A stretch of DNA of 64,000 nt from Bdellovibrionales bacterium (GCA_965217115.1 OZ244239.1:992001-1056000), one strand, 5' to 3'; positions 51,593-62,325 are shown, counted from the first letter of the stretch. Program-made: numbers and translations. The notes: generated from the letters alone by a model not told the origin.

Positions 51593-52666
51593 ATGCTAGA
51601 AAAAAGTATGTTTAAAAAAACGCTTTTTTCCTCTTGTATCAATGTTACTCTGAGCTGTGGTATCGCTCTTCTCTATATTGGATGTCAAAGCACGCCCAAA
51701 AATTTCAAACCTTCCCAACACTCCTTGGATCAAGCGAGACAAATTACATGGATCGGTCATAACACCTCTCCTGAATTTTTAAACAATGGAAGGCAAATAA
51801 TCTTCTCCAGTTCCAATAGGCCATCACACAAGGCAAGTCATATCTATTTTATGTCTAACAATCAGACGTCGGAAAAGAAACTCACTTTCAATAAAGCAGA
51901 AAACAGTTCTCCTGTCTTTCACCCCAAGCAGTCTCTGTTCTTTTACGCCAGTGACACAGATAGACGTAAAAACATGCATTCTCTCATGAAAAAATATCGG
52001 AAAAAAAGCACACCCCCATCAACACTACACCACTCTGCTATTGGTTTATTTCCAGCTAAAGACATCTACTCTGCTCACCTTAATGAACAGGGGATTCTTC
52101 GTTACACCAAAAATCGTAATTCTCATTTTAATGGTTTTCTAGCTGTCCACCCCAGTGGTGATTCCCTCGTTTTTTCTAAACAAATCGATTCAAATATTCA
52201 CTTGCACAGACTTTATTTCTTATCCAAAAAGGTTTTGAAAATCACAAATATCTCCAGTATCAACATTGACCCACATGACTCTCACGATGGAAGTGAAATG
52301 GCATGGGTGCGATTTAAATTAGGTGAAAATAGTTCAGAAATTCTTATTGCTAATACAGAGGGGTTGAATCCTCAAATCCTCAAATTACCACACGGCATTT
52401 ATAGATTTCCTCGATGGAGTCTCGACAACAAATCATTAATCTTTTCAGCTCAAATCAATAGCACTGACCCGTTGTCTAAACAAAAACAGCTCTATTCCTT
52501 TCACCTAAAAACTCAATGTCTACAAAAACTACGCAACGACTTGAATAATTCCTACGATGCTTCCATTCACCCAGATGGCAAAGGACTCATCTTTGTTAAC
52601 GATCACTCAGGACAGCCACAGATATACTTCAGCAATAATTTCTCTCCTATTGGGAAATGCCTCTGA
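51593..52666 (+). CDS. TolB-like beta-propeller (PD40 repeats) lipoprotein
   Basis: lipobox-like YIGC; repeated P.F/W..G..I.F.S motifs (SPEF, PVFHP, PRWS, HPDGKGLIF). Confidence 0.7.
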   Translation: MLEKSMFKKTLFSSCINVTLSCGIALLYIGCQSTPKNFKPSQHSLDQARQITWIGHNTSPEFLNNGRQIIFSSSNRPSHKASHIYFMSNNQTSEKKLTFNKAENSSPVFHPKQSLFFYASDTDRRKNMHSLMKKYRKKSTPPSTLHHSAIGLFPAKDIYSAHLNEQGILRYTKNRNSHFNGFLAVHPSGDSLVFSKQIDSNIHLHRLYFLSKKVLKITNISSINIDPHDSHDGSEMAWVRFKLGENSSEILIANTEGLNPQILKLPHGIYRFPRWSLDNKSLIFSAQINSTDPLSKQKQLYSFHLKTQCLQKLRNDLNNSYDASIHPDGKGLIFVNDHSGQPQIYFSNNFSPIGKCL

Positions 52667-52723
52667 ATCAGTCACTAAGAAAATTTATTGCATTAGAAAA
52701 AAACTTCCCATAGAGTAAATACT

Positions 52724-53299
52724 ATGAATTGTTACAGCTTTATTTTTCAAATGATGGGAATACTCTTGTTATCAATGCAGCTTAATGCCGCTCCTATTCC
52801 AGCAACGACATCATCCTTAGTTATCAACTCAGAACGTAAAGTCTTCTTTTCTCCGTTAGGTTTTAAATTAGAGGCTGGGAACACTCATTGGGAACACTCT
52901 CAAATCCACGACAAAACCAGCTCTATAACCACATTGTATCAAGAACCTTATAAGCCAGAGAAAGAACATCGTGCTTTACTCACCGTACGTACCGACTCAC
53001 TAAAAAAATCAACCTCTCTTTTTCAATATGTCAAAAAATGGCTTCACGAATACCCCTACTACGGCTTCAATGTCTTAAAAACTAAAAAAATAAATTTAAA
53101 AGGCACTCAAGGTTTTCTAATCGAAGTGACTAATAATGCAAAAAATAAAAAAAAGATTCGTCAAATTGTCTTTCTTAAGAAAAAATTAGCCGTTATACTC
53201 TCATGCATCGACAGCCAAGAGACGTTTAAACTCTCCCTTAAATCATGTAATAAAATTATTCGCTCCTTTAAATGGACCAAGAATAATACTCTGCACTAG
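52724..53299 (+). CDS. hypothetical secreted protein
   Basis: signal peptide; alpha/beta pattern ending IIRSFKW resembles PsbP-like folds (weak inference). Confidence 0.65.
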   Translation: MNCYSFIFQMMGILLLSMQLNAAPIPATTSSLVINSERKVFFSPLGFKLEAGNTHWEHSQIHDKTSSITTLYQEPYKPEKEHRALLTVRTDSLKKSTSLFQYVKKWLHEYPYYGFNVLKTKKINLKGTQGFLIEVTNNAKNKKKIRQIVFLKKKLAVILSCIDSQETFKLSLKSCNKIIRSFKWTKNNTLH

Positions 53300-53420
53300 A
53301 TCGTGTTCTAGGTATTTTTAAACCTCTAATGTTTGGGATGACTTTTTGTTGATCTCGATTCGTTTTGCAATGATACTATTTATAGTATGGTCTTAATTCA
53401 AACATCGGTTTTGCCTTTAA

Positions 53421-54494
53421 ATGTCTAACTTGAAAAAAATTATTCACATAGATCAAGATTGTTTCTACGCCGCTGTTGAAATCAGAGACAACCCCTCCCT
53501 TAAAGGCAAACCCGTCGCCGTCGGTGGTAGACCTGACAGCAGAGGTGTCCTTAGCACAGCCAGTTACGAGGCTAGAAAATTTGGTGTTCACTCCGCTATG
53601 TCAACAGCTCAGGCCTTAAAACTCTGTCCTGACTTGATTCTTATTCCCGTTCATATTTCTAAATACAAAGAAGAAAGTCTTAAAATACGCAAAATTTTTA
53701 GTAGGTTCACCGATAAAATAGAACCCTTATCTTTGGATGAAGCCTATCTCGATGTCAGCGATTGCACAGATTTTAATGGAAGTGCAACACTTATTGCCAG
53801 AGAAATACGTCATCAAATATTTAAAGAAACTCAATTAACAGCCTCAGCAGGAATTGCAACTAACAAATTTTTAGCAAAAATTGCCAGTGATTGGAAGAAA
53901 CCAAATGGGCAGTTCACAGTTACCCCTCAAATGGTCGACACTTTTGTTAAAAAGCTAAATGTTGAAAAAATCCATGGCGTTGGAAAAATCACTGCTAAAA
54001 AAATGCACAGCCTTGGAATCAAAACTTGCACTGATCTACAAAAATGGAGCATAGAAGATCTTAATCACCAATTTGGCACATGGGGCATCAAACTCTTTGA
54101 TCTCTGCCGTGGCAAAGATGGTCGTGAGGTTTCAACCTCTCAAAAAAGAAAATCTCTCAGCGTTGAGAACACATACAGTGAAGATCTAAAAACTCTCCAA
54201 GAGTGCCTTAAGAAAGTACCTAAGCTCTATGATGAATTCCAGCATAGACTCACAAAAGTCAATCTTACAGACAAAATCCAATCACTTGTTGTAAAGGTAA
54301 AATTTCATGATTTCGAACAAACAACCCTTGAGCGATCTTCTGAGAAGATACCCTCAATCGAAACTTATTTAGAGATGATCACAAGTGCTTTTCAACGAAA
54401 AAATAAACCCGTAAGACTCTTAGGGATTGGCGTAAAATTCACACACAAGACAGCTCCAACAAATACTCTACAACTAAGCCTCTTTCAGCTGTAA
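53421..54494 (+). CDS. dinB: DNA polymerase IV
   Basis: HIDQDCFYA, ASYEAR, SLDEAYLD, KIASDWKKPNG, VRLLG. Confidence 0.96.
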   Translation: MSNLKKIIHIDQDCFYAAVEIRDNPSLKGKPVAVGGRPDSRGVLSTASYEARKFGVHSAMSTAQALKLCPDLILIPVHISKYKEESLKIRKIFSRFTDKIEPLSLDEAYLDVSDCTDFNGSATLIAREIRHQIFKETQLTASAGIATNKFLAKIASDWKKPNGQFTVTPQMVDTFVKKLNVEKIHGVGKITAKKMHSLGIKTCTDLQKWSIEDLNHQFGTWGIKLFDLCRGKDGREVSTSQKRKSLSVENTYSEDLKTLQECLKKVPKLYDEFQHRLTKVNLTDKIQSLVVKVKFHDFEQTTLERSSEKIPSIETYLEMITSAFQRKNKPVRLLGIGVKFTHKTAPTNTLQLSLFQL

Positions 54495-54551
54495 ATTTGT
54501 TCTGCTAGTAATCATTCAATTTTTTTTAGATCTTAATTGGATATACTAGAA

Positions 54552-56087
54552 TCAACTTCCACCAAAAAGTTTCTTTAGAAACCCAGAAACACCTTTCTTT
54601 TTCTTAGCTCCAGACTTCCACGAAGGAGTGTTACTTCTATCGTATTTTTTTTGAACTTGAGCAGATCGAGATTTATTCTGTGTTTCTTTCTTCTTATAAG
54701 AAGACTCTGCGCTATTAGATTGACGCTGAGGTCGCTGCGAGGAAGGCGCACGCGCTTCCCTTTCCCTTCTTCCACCTTTTTGATCAGCCCTCTTACGGGG
54801 ATCTGTTTTTCCACGAGGACGAACATTCTTTTTACCATCATTAACTCTAATATCTCTTCTTGTATCTTTAGGAAAAGCACCATGATCACTCAGTATCTCA
54901 TCATCTTCTAACCAAGCGATTTCAATTTTATGCTCCAAATACTCTTCGATTCTTCCCAGAGAATCCACATCATCATGGCCAGAGAAGGCAAAAGCCACAC
55001 CCTTTTCACCCGCTCGACCAGTTCGTCCAATACGATGAACATAGTTCTCGGCATCCAATGGCAACTCAAAGTTCACCACCATATCAACACCCTTAATATC
55101 CAGCCCGCGGGCAGCCACATCCGTTGCTACCAATATATTGCAACTATTATCACTGGCCTTAAACTTATCTAAAACTTGATTGCGCTGAGCCTGAGTCAAC
55201 ATGCTCGAGATACCAGCGGCTGAATGACCGTTGCTATTTAGAAATTGAGCCACTCGCTCCACCTTAGATTTAAAATTACTAAATATGATGGTTTGTTGAG
55301 GCTTATATTTTTTAAGCACAGAAAGTAAATAAGTCGGCTTTTCATTATTGCCAACATGAAAAAGCATGTCTTTCACATTATCAGCCTTAGCTTGATCCCT
55401 ACTCACATTACACTCGATCGGATCTGCTCCAAAGCGATAGGCCACATTTAAAACATCAAAATTCAAAGTTGCACTGTAAACAAGAAATTGACGGTCCTTC
55501 GGGATACGCTGAAGAAGATAAATCATGTCATCTTTAAAACCCATATCAAACATACGATCAGCTTCATCAAAAACCACTCCACGTACTTGCTTCAAGTCCA
55601 CAAAACGCTCTTTATAGAGATCGATCAAACGGCCTGGAGTTGCTACAACAAAATCAATTCCCTCACTCAATGCCTTCTTCTGCACTTCGTAACTTGTTCC
55701 ACCATATATAGCGACTGCTTTTAAATGATCCTGCGAGAGCTTCTTCACCTCCGCAGTAATTTGTTCTGCCAATTCTCGTGTCGGGACAAGAACTAAAATA
55801 AAATGCCTTTGCTTCCAATTAACGAAAGACCTCTGAGTCAAAAACTCCCTGCGCTCTTCATCCTCTATCGAAAGCAAATCAAGGGAGCCATTGAGAATTC
55901 TTTCCATAAGAGGCAGAAGAAAAGCCGCCGTCTTACCAGTCCCTGTTTGCGCCAACCCCGCAATGTCTTTGCCGTCTATAATATAGGGAATTGTCGCTCT
56001 TTGAATATCCGTTGGCTTGGTAAAGCCTGCCTCATCTAAGGCGGCCTGCAACTGAGGTACAAATCTAAAATCAGAAAAAGTCATCAT
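54552..56087 (-). CDS. DEAD-box RNA helicase with basic C-terminal tail
   Basis: AQTGTGKT, PTRELA, TPGRL, DEAD, SAT, ARGLD, HRIGRTGR. Confidence 0.96.
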   Translation of the reverse strand: MMTFSDFRFVPQLQAALDEAGFTKPTDIQRATIPYIIDGKDIAGLAQTGTGKTAAFLLPLMERILNGSLDLLSIEDEERREFLTQRSFVNWKQRHFILVLVPTRELAEQITAEVKKLSQDHLKAVAIYGGTSYEVQKKALSEGIDFVVATPGRLIDLYKERFVDLKQVRGVVFDEADRMFDMGFKDDMIYLLQRIPKDRQFLVYSATLNFDVLNVAYRFGADPIECNVSRDQAKADNVKDMLFHVGNNEKPTYLLSVLKKYKPQQTIIFSNFKSKVERVAQFLNSNGHSAAGISSMLTQAQRNQVLDKFKASDNSCNILVATDVAARGLDIKGVDMVVNFELPLDAENYVHRIGRTGRAGEKGVAFAFSGHDDVDSLGRIEEYLEHKIEIAWLEDDEILSDHGAFPKDTRRDIRVNDGKKNVRPRGKTDPRKRADQKGGRREREARAPSSQRPQRQSNSAESSYKKKETQNKSRSAQVQKKYDRSNTPSWKSGAKKKKGVSGFLKKLFGGS

Positions 56088-56127
56088 GTCATCTGGTTCT
56101 ACTGTAAAAGTGAACGTATATCAAACA

Positions 56128-56970
56128 TTACCCTTCCAGAAGGAAATTCTCCACCACCTGCGTGAATTCCTCCACCTTCTCTGAATGAATCCAATGCCCT
56201 ACTCCAGAAAACAAGTAGCCCTTTAACCAGTCAGAGTTAGAGGACAACATTCTTGCAAAAACATCCCCATCCAACTCCTCAGAAAGCTCTCCCCTCAAAA
56301 CCAAAGTAGGCACGACCAAGCCCTCTATTTCGTTCCAGCGCTCAACCTCTCTTCCCCGTCTCACGCTCTCTAAAATAGCATTTTTAGAAAAACGCCAATC
56401 AACCGTCTCCCCACGAGCATCTACCTTAACAATATTAGAGTATAGGTACTGCCCTAACTCCTTCATCCCCAGTCCAGCACCGGTTAAGGTCAAAAATTTT
56501 TTCTGAAAAAAATAACGCGCATCGTCTTTATTCTTAAACGGTGTCGGTACGATTCTCATTAGTTGCTCGACTCGTTTAACATTATCCTGACAACTATCTG
56601 GACCGACATCTTCAATCACCAAGCGCTCAACTCTTTCGGGGTATTTATAGGCAAAATGGAATGCACTACGACCCCCCATAGAGTGCCCCACCAAAGATAT
56701 CTTCCCCCAACCCAATTCATCTAAGATTTGCTTTAAATCATCAGCATAATCCTCGGGCCTATACCCTGATGATGGCTTAAAGGAATCTCCATGTCCCCTT
56801 TGATCGTAAACCAAAACTGTCCAAGGCCCTTGTAATCGACGGAACACTCCCTTCCAATTTCTGGCATACCCCATTAAGCCATGTAAAAATATTAGCTTCG
56901 GATGATCATTTCCAGAAGCCCCATCGCCCACTTGAAAAATTTGATAATGAAAATTTTTAAGAAAAGACAT
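56128..56970 (-). CDS. alpha/beta hydrolase (YbfF-like esterase)
   Basis: HGLMG, DQRGHG, GHSMGG, GHWIHSE. Confidence 0.9.
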   Translation of the reverse strand: MSFLKNFHYQIFQVGDGASGNDHPKLIFLHGLMGYARNWKGVFRRLQGPWTVLVYDQRGHGDSFKPSSGYRPEDYADDLKQILDELGWGKISLVGHSMGGRSAFHFAYKYPERVERLVIEDVGPDSCQDNVKRVEQLMRIVPTPFKNKDDARYFFQKKFLTLTGAGLGMKELGQYLYSNIVKVDARGETVDWRFSKNAILESVRRGREVERWNEIEGLVVPTLVLRGELSEELDGDVFARMLSSNSDWLKGYLFSGVGHWIHSEKVEEFTQVVENFLLEG

Positions 56971-56985
56971 TTTTTTTTCCTTTTA

Positions 56986-57014
56986 TTGACGAAGTTTAGC
57001 AAAGGCACCATGAT
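56986..57014 (+). promoter_or_regulatory. sigma-70 promoter of pcnB
   Basis: TTGACG-N17-CATGAT ending 8 nt before the ATG. Confidence 0.45.
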
Positions 57015-57022
57015 ACTAGCAT

Positions 57023-58240
57023 ATGAAGCAGGGCCAAGTAAGTCGTCAGACACGCCTCCACAGCAGTTGGATCGACCATCACGCTAAAGAAATTGTTAGA
57101 AAATTGCAATCCCAAGGGTTTACAACCTATTTGGTAGGTGGCTGCGTTAGAGATCTTCTCGTTGGTTTTGTCCCTAAAGATTTCGATATCGGCACTTTAG
57201 CTGTTCCCGATGTTATTCGAAAGAACTTTCGTCATGCCTACATTATCGGCCGAAGATTTCGCCTTGTTCTTGTGAAAAGACTCGATAGAAATGGTGCAGA
57301 AAAACAATTTGAAGTCGCCACTTTTCGCCGCAATCCAAAACCACAAGAAAAAACAAATGACTCTCTTCTCAACAAAGACAATCTATTCGGTTCACCCAGA
57401 GAAGACGCCTATCGTAGAGATTTCACTATCAATGCCCTGCTCTACGATCCTATCAAAGAAGAACTCATCGACTATTGCGACGGACTAGAAGATCTAGAAC
57501 AAGGAATTGTTCGTATGATAGGGGATCCCGATACGCGTTTACAGGAAGACCCTATTCGTATTTTTCGCGCTCTACGTTTTGCACAAAAACTAGGGTTCAC
57601 CATTGAGACATCGTTATTAAAAGCAATTCCTCACAATACCACTCACTTAAAAAACTCTGTTTTACCAAGACGGCGTGAAGAAATACTCAAGCTCCTGCGA
57701 CTACAAGATCCTGCCCGTGCACTTCATCTCGCCCACGAATTTGGTATTCTAAAAAACATTGCGCCAACTCTTGACCAAGTTTATCAATCCAAAAAACATT
57801 GCGAAATTTTTGAAAAATATCTCAATCGCATTCAAGATTTTGTCACCGATTTCTCCAGTCCCACACAGCTGTTTACTTTTTTAATCTTTGCTTTCTATAG
57901 AACAATAATATCAGATGATCCCACAGAAAGAATCTCCACCACCGAGATTCTAGAACACCCTATATTGCAATCTTTAATGAAATTTGAACTTGGTACCTTC
58001 AACCACGAACAAAGATTTGTCTCTAAGGTCATCAGTCTGCAATCGTCACTTATAGATTTAGATTATTACAAGAAAAGAATTCAACGACGTAAGCTCTCCA
58101 CCATAAAAAATGAAGCCTTTGAAATGGCTCTACACATCGGTCAAATCGACTATTCTGTCATCGGTAGCACACTCAATTTTTGGGTCGAAGCTCAACAAGA
58201 ATTGTCTCACCTCATTAAGAAAAAACAGACCTACAATTAA
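57023..58240 (+). CDS. pcnB: poly(A) polymerase I-like class II nucleotidyltransferase
   Basis: VGGCVRD, DFD, PAP signature IIGRRF, RRDFTINA, EDPIRIFRA. Confidence 0.82.
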   Translation: MKQGQVSRQTRLHSSWIDHHAKEIVRKLQSQGFTTYLVGGCVRDLLVGFVPKDFDIGTLAVPDVIRKNFRHAYIIGRRFRLVLVKRLDRNGAEKQFEVATFRRNPKPQEKTNDSLLNKDNLFGSPREDAYRRDFTINALLYDPIKEELIDYCDGLEDLEQGIVRMIGDPDTRLQEDPIRIFRALRFAQKLGFTIETSLLKAIPHNTTHLKNSVLPRRREEILKLLRLQDPARALHLAHEFGILKNIAPTLDQVYQSKKHCEIFEKYLNRIQDFVTDFSSPTQLFTFLIFAFYRTIISDDPTERISTTEILEHPILQSLMKFELGTFNHEQRFVSKVISLQSSLIDLDYYKKRIQRRKLSTIKNEAFEMALHIGQIDYSVIGSTLNFWVEAQQELSHLIKKKQTYN

Positions 58241-58280
58241 CGGTACAAATACAAGAAAATAATTTGTTTCTTAGTGTTTT

Positions 58281-59123
58281 TTAAAAGAGCCTGGCGCACA
58301 TAGCTGCTTTATAACTACTGATCTGCTTACCAAGATACTCACCGGCTTTAGATTTCTCTCTAAACCACTTCATCATATCTTCGAAATAGCCATGATAAAA
58401 CTCCAGAGTTTTCACTCCTTCGTTGTATTTACTAGAAGGACCAAATTTTCCTGAAGAAGTTACATAAAGTTTTAATTTTCCATCAGTAGAATACTTGTCG
58501 CGCATTTCTTTATACCACTCCTCAAGAGTGGGCATCTGACCATCTTTGTTACGGGTGTAAATGGGGTCAATCGCCAACCACACTTCATTTCCCTTGGCAT
58601 CTAAGCTCTGCGCAATCGTCGTTACATGCCACCCCCACATTCCCCCATCAGGAGTTTTCATAGGGCCTATGGCAAAGGCTTTCTTTATAGAATCTCGATC
58701 AAATTGACGCTGTGTTAGCTCTAGATGGGTAAACATACATCTACCAAAACAATAGCCAATTCCTTCGTTTTTAGGATCGTATTTAGAATACTTGCTAAGA
58801 GACACAACGGGGTTTACCTGCGCTGCACGAAGAACATCAGAGGCCTGTTCAGGACTAATATATTTGGCATAAGCCTTGTCCCGTATAACCGCTTTATGAT
58901 TAATCTCGTCGACAGAGATATCTATAAAATTTTGAATATGGGAAAGATTCTCTTTATGTATCTGCTCTGGGGATTTACCGGAAGTGTCCTTAGCGGCTTC
59001 GTAATTTAAATCTGCCTGAGAACCATAAATAACACTCGAGGAGCTTGTCTTTTCTATAGAGTGAAACTGAGCTATAGATTGAAACTGAAAAAACAAACAG
59101 CCAATAAACCATAAAGTTTTCAT
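58281..59123 (-). CDS. secreted protein-glutaminase/transglutaminase-like cysteine enzyme
   Basis: signal peptide; GYCFGR ... WGWHVT ... LAIDP form a Cys-His-Asp pattern like protein glutaminases. Confidence 0.6.
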   Translation of the reverse strand: MKTLWFIGCLFFQFQSIAQFHSIEKTSSSSVIYGSQADLNYEAAKDTSGKSPEQIHKENLSHIQNFIDISVDEINHKAVIRDKAYAKYISPEQASDVLRAAQVNPVVSLSKYSKYDPKNEGIGYCFGRCMFTHLELTQRQFDRDSIKKAFAIGPMKTPDGGMWGWHVTTIAQSLDAKGNEVWLAIDPIYTRNKDGQMPTLEEWYKEMRDKYSTDGKLKLYVTSSGKFGPSSKYNEGVKTLEFYHGYFEDMMKWFREKSKAGEYLGKQISSYKAAMCARLF

Positions 59124-59295
59124 AATTCTCTAACTCCCATCAAAAATAGATATTCCATATCTAAAGAAAATATAGATCGAAGTCTACTTAAATATCATAT
59201 TCTTTCTTTTTATAAAATTTTTACAAAAGGCAACTTTTCGATAGTCGTGAGGGCTCTTTTAAAGGGCAGTTTAAGTCAGCTCACCTTTAATATCT

Positions 59296-59523
59296 TTAGT
59301 TTTTTTTGTCTTCTTCATTCAAAACCACCACCTCTTCTTCAGATGATAGACCGTTTTGTAGTTGCTCCGTTTTTTTGTCTTTTTCATCAGAGCCACTGAT
59401 CCCCTTTTTAAACCCGCGAATAGCCTCTCCCAAAGAACGGCCCAAACCAGGGATTCTCTTCGGTCCAAAAAATATCAATACAATCGCGATAATAAGAATA
59501 ATCTGCCAAGGTCCAACACTCAT
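59296..59523 (-). CDS. tatA: twin-arginine translocase TatA
   Basis: GPWQIILI..VLIFFGPKRIP.LGRSLGEAIRGFKK; GAGGAG RBS before ATG 59523. Confidence 0.93.
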   Translation of the reverse strand: MSVGPWQIILIIAIVLIFFGPKRIPGLGRSLGEAIRGFKKGISGSDEKDKKTEQLQNGLSSEEEVVVLNEEDKKN

Positions 59524-59571
59524 AATTTTCTCCTCAATCAATAGGCCTAAATAAATACACAGATTCACTCA

Positions 59572-61602
59572 TTATAGAAGACTCTTTACTCCCATGACAA
59601 TGGATTTAGCGTCCAATCCATGTTTGGCGTACAAATCTTCGGCCGTATAGGCACTCTGACCAAAAACTCCAGAGACGCCCAATGATTTTACCTTTAACGA
59701 AAGCCCCTCTTGCAAAAGAGCATGGGTTAAAACAGCCCCCATTCCACCGACAGATTGATGATCTTCAACAGTCAACAGACGCCCTTGAGTTTTTTGCAAA
59801 CAACGATCAATTGTCTCGACATCAGGATGATTCACCGCTGAAGCATTCACCACAATCACTCCAACACCTTGGCTTCTCAATTTTTCAACTGCCTGTAACG
59901 CCTGGCCCACCATCGGCCCCACTGCCACAATGGTTACACTCTTATTAGAATCTTCTATGCTATTACAAAGAACCTGTGCCTTACCCAATTTATATTCACA
60001 GTTTTCACCATAATTCTGTGGAAAGTTTTCTCGACCCAAAAAGAACAATACACTTTTAGGAACCCTTCCCTGTTGACGTTCTTGTACAAATCTCTCAATC
60101 ACTTGTGTCACCAAAGCCTCTGCCTCTCCACTCGAAGATAGGCAATAGGTTTCCGTATAAGGAATTGAATGGGTCATCGAAAAATAGCTCAAAGCCTGAT
60201 GAGATGCCCCGTCCGCCGCATCTTGAAACCCCGCATGGGAAAATATCCCTATCACCGGCCCCTGTGATAAAGCCGCCATTAGAAATGGCAACGCTCCTTT
60301 AGTCACGCCAAATTGAGAAAATGTATCCACCACAGGAATATATCCTATCTTAGACATTCCCACCGCAACACTCACCATATTAGATTCAGCAATACCCACA
60401 TCAAAAGACCCCACTGGAAAATTTTTGCGAAAAGCTGCCACACCCGTCGAACCAGGAAGGTCCGATGTGATCGAGACGACGGGATAGCCCTTTTGTCTCA
60501 TTTGGACCAAAGCACTTGCCACGCCAACTTGTACTTTCTCTTTTTTTACACCCTCAGAAGGGGCATCTTGAGATTTTTTTTCTTCTTCTAAAGAAACTAA
60601 TTCATCACACACCGCTAAAAACTCACTTGGAACTTTTCGCTCACCATAAATTTCTTGCACAAATCCCTTCACTCCCACCGCTTTCTTTAGAGGAAAACCA
60701 TGTCCGCCAGAAGAAGAATCTACTGTCGCCTTCGTTCCAAAACCTTTTATCGTTTTAAAATGAATCGCCACCGGTTTTTGAGAATTATTTAAGACCAAAT
60801 CAATCCCTTGCTCAATGGCCGTCAAACAAGATTGAATATTCTGCCCATTCTCTACCTTTAGAACCTTCCAACCCAAACTCTCCAAAGAATCAAATGTCGG
60901 CTTCATCGAAAAACTCTCTTCATCGATGCGACCAGATAACTTTGTGTTATTATCACTGATTAATAGAACAAAAGGAGCCATTTGCCCCTTTGCCGCCAAA
61001 CCGGGAATAGCCGCCAACGCCTCACGAGCCTCCCCTTCCATACACCCTCCATCAGAAATCGCCGTCACCGTCACCCGTGAAACTCCCGCCAATTTATCGG
61101 CCATCGCCAGTCCCTGGGCCTGTGGCAATCCCGAACCCAGTGGGCCATTGCTTATAAAGACTCCTTCTGGAAAAACATGGGACTCCCCATGACCCGTCAA
61201 AGGACTTTGTAAAGAGCGAAATCCCTGTAAACTTTGTAAATCCAACCCCGCCTGACCATAATTAGCTTTTAAGGCATAGAGACCGTTTTCACAGTGTCCA
61301 GCATCATTGACTAAATGAAAGAGCTCATACCACGCCTGACCCTGCTGATTTGCCCTGTAATACACAAGACCATGAAGAGCTGACATCATCTCAGCAAAAG
61401 CCGCTGGGCCACCGTAATGACTTGCCGCTCCCCCTATCACTGCCGCCATATCCATAAGAGCCACTAGAGCTCTTGTCGCTACAGGATCAACCAAATCAAT
61501 GGCTTTGCCCTCGGATAATCTGCCTTGAACATTATAGAGGGGCTTTCCACGGGGATTACCAGCCAAGGAAGGTGAAATTTTCAATGGTTCTAAACCAGAC
61601 AT
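59572..61602 (-). CDS. tkt: transketolase-family enzyme (single chain)
   Basis: SHYGG, DAGH, GPLGSG, SDGGCMEG..NN TPP motif, GIAESNM, DGASHQ, VEDH. Confidence 0.82.
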   Translation of the reverse strand: MSGLEPLKISPSLAGNPRGKPLYNVQGRLSEGKAIDLVDPVATRALVALMDMAAVIGGAASHYGGPAAFAEMMSALHGLVYYRANQQGQAWYELFHLVNDAGHCENGLYALKANYGQAGLDLQSLQGFRSLQSPLTGHGESHVFPEGVFISNGPLGSGLPQAQGLAMADKLAGVSRVTVTAISDGGCMEGEAREALAAIPGLAAKGQMAPFVLLISDNNTKLSGRIDEESFSMKPTFDSLESLGWKVLKVENGQNIQSCLTAIEQGIDLVLNNSQKPVAIHFKTIKGFGTKATVDSSSGGHGFPLKKAVGVKGFVQEIYGERKVPSEFLAVCDELVSLEEEKKSQDAPSEGVKKEKVQVGVASALVQMRQKGYPVVSITSDLPGSTGVAAFRKNFPVGSFDVGIAESNMVSVAVGMSKIGYIPVVDTFSQFGVTKGALPFLMAALSQGPVIGIFSHAGFQDAADGASHQALSYFSMTHSIPYTETYCLSSSGEAEALVTQVIERFVQERQQGRVPKSVLFFLGRENFPQNYGENCEYKLGKAQVLCNSIEDSNKSVTIVAVGPMVGQALQAVEKLRSQGVGVIVVNASAVNHPDVETIDRCLQKTQGRLLTVEDHQSVGGMGAVLTHALLQEGLSLKVKSLGVSGVFGQSAYTAEDLYAKHGLDAKSIVMGVKSLL

Positions 61603-61676
61603 AAAAACACTCCAAATAATAGGTCAAAAAGTTTTGACTACACCCTACTTGATTCAGATATTATCGGCAACGCTCA

Positions 61677-62282
61677 TTATATTGTATGAATTAATCTCTC
61701 AACTTCTTTACGCAAATCTTCCTTTGTGCCGTTATTGGAAATAACAAAATCAGCCTCTCTTACCTTTTGCTCCAAAAATAACTGTGATCTCAAGCGACTC
61801 TCTATTTCCCCATCATTCCAATTATTACGCTCACGCAAGCGTCTGTATTGATTCTCTTCTGAACATTCAACAACAACGATTTTTTCAAACTGAGCTGTCA
61901 TTTTTTTTTCAAATAACAACGGAACATCATAAAAAGCCCTTTTTATTCCATCCTGGTAAATCTCTTCTCTCTTCCTCTCCACCCTCTCACGAATCAAAGG
62001 GTGTAAAATAGCCTCTAATTGCCCCAGCTTACTTTTATCTAAAAAAACCACTCTACCCAATTCTCGACGATTTATAGACTTTTGTTCAGTCAATATGCTC
62101 GGGCCAAACACTTCCAGAATTTCAGAAAAAGCCCTTCCATCCTCTGAACTCAACACTTCCCGTGCCATGGCATCTGCATCCACAACAACCTCGCCTAAAG
62201 TCCTGAGAACAGAGGCCACTGTGCTCTTGCCCGTACCAATTCCTCCAGTTAATCCAACCCAAAACAGTTTATTGTGATGCAA
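61677..62282 (-). CDS. coaE: dephospho-CoA kinase
   Basis: GLTGGIGTGKS, DAD, LHP, DVPLLFE, ADFVISN. Confidence 0.96.
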   Translation of the reverse strand: MHHNKLFWVGLTGGIGTGKSTVASVLRTLGEVVVDADAMAREVLSSEDGRAFSEILEVFGPSILTEQKSINRRELGRVVFLDKSKLGQLEAILHPLIRERVERKREEIYQDGIKRAFYDVPLLFEKKMTAQFEKIVVVECSEENQYRRLRERNNWNDGEIESRLRSQLFLEQKVREADFVISNNGTKEDLRKEVERLIHTI

Positions 62283-62298
62283 TTATGATTTTCCTTAT

Positions 62299-62325
62299 TA
62301 AGAAAGAGTTTATCTTTTCCGATAG
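62299..62325 (+). promoter_or_regulatory. candidate sigma-28 (FliA) promoter of the kinase gene
   Basis: TAAG-N15-TCCGATAG versus consensus TAAA-N15-GCCGATAA. Confidence 0.45.
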
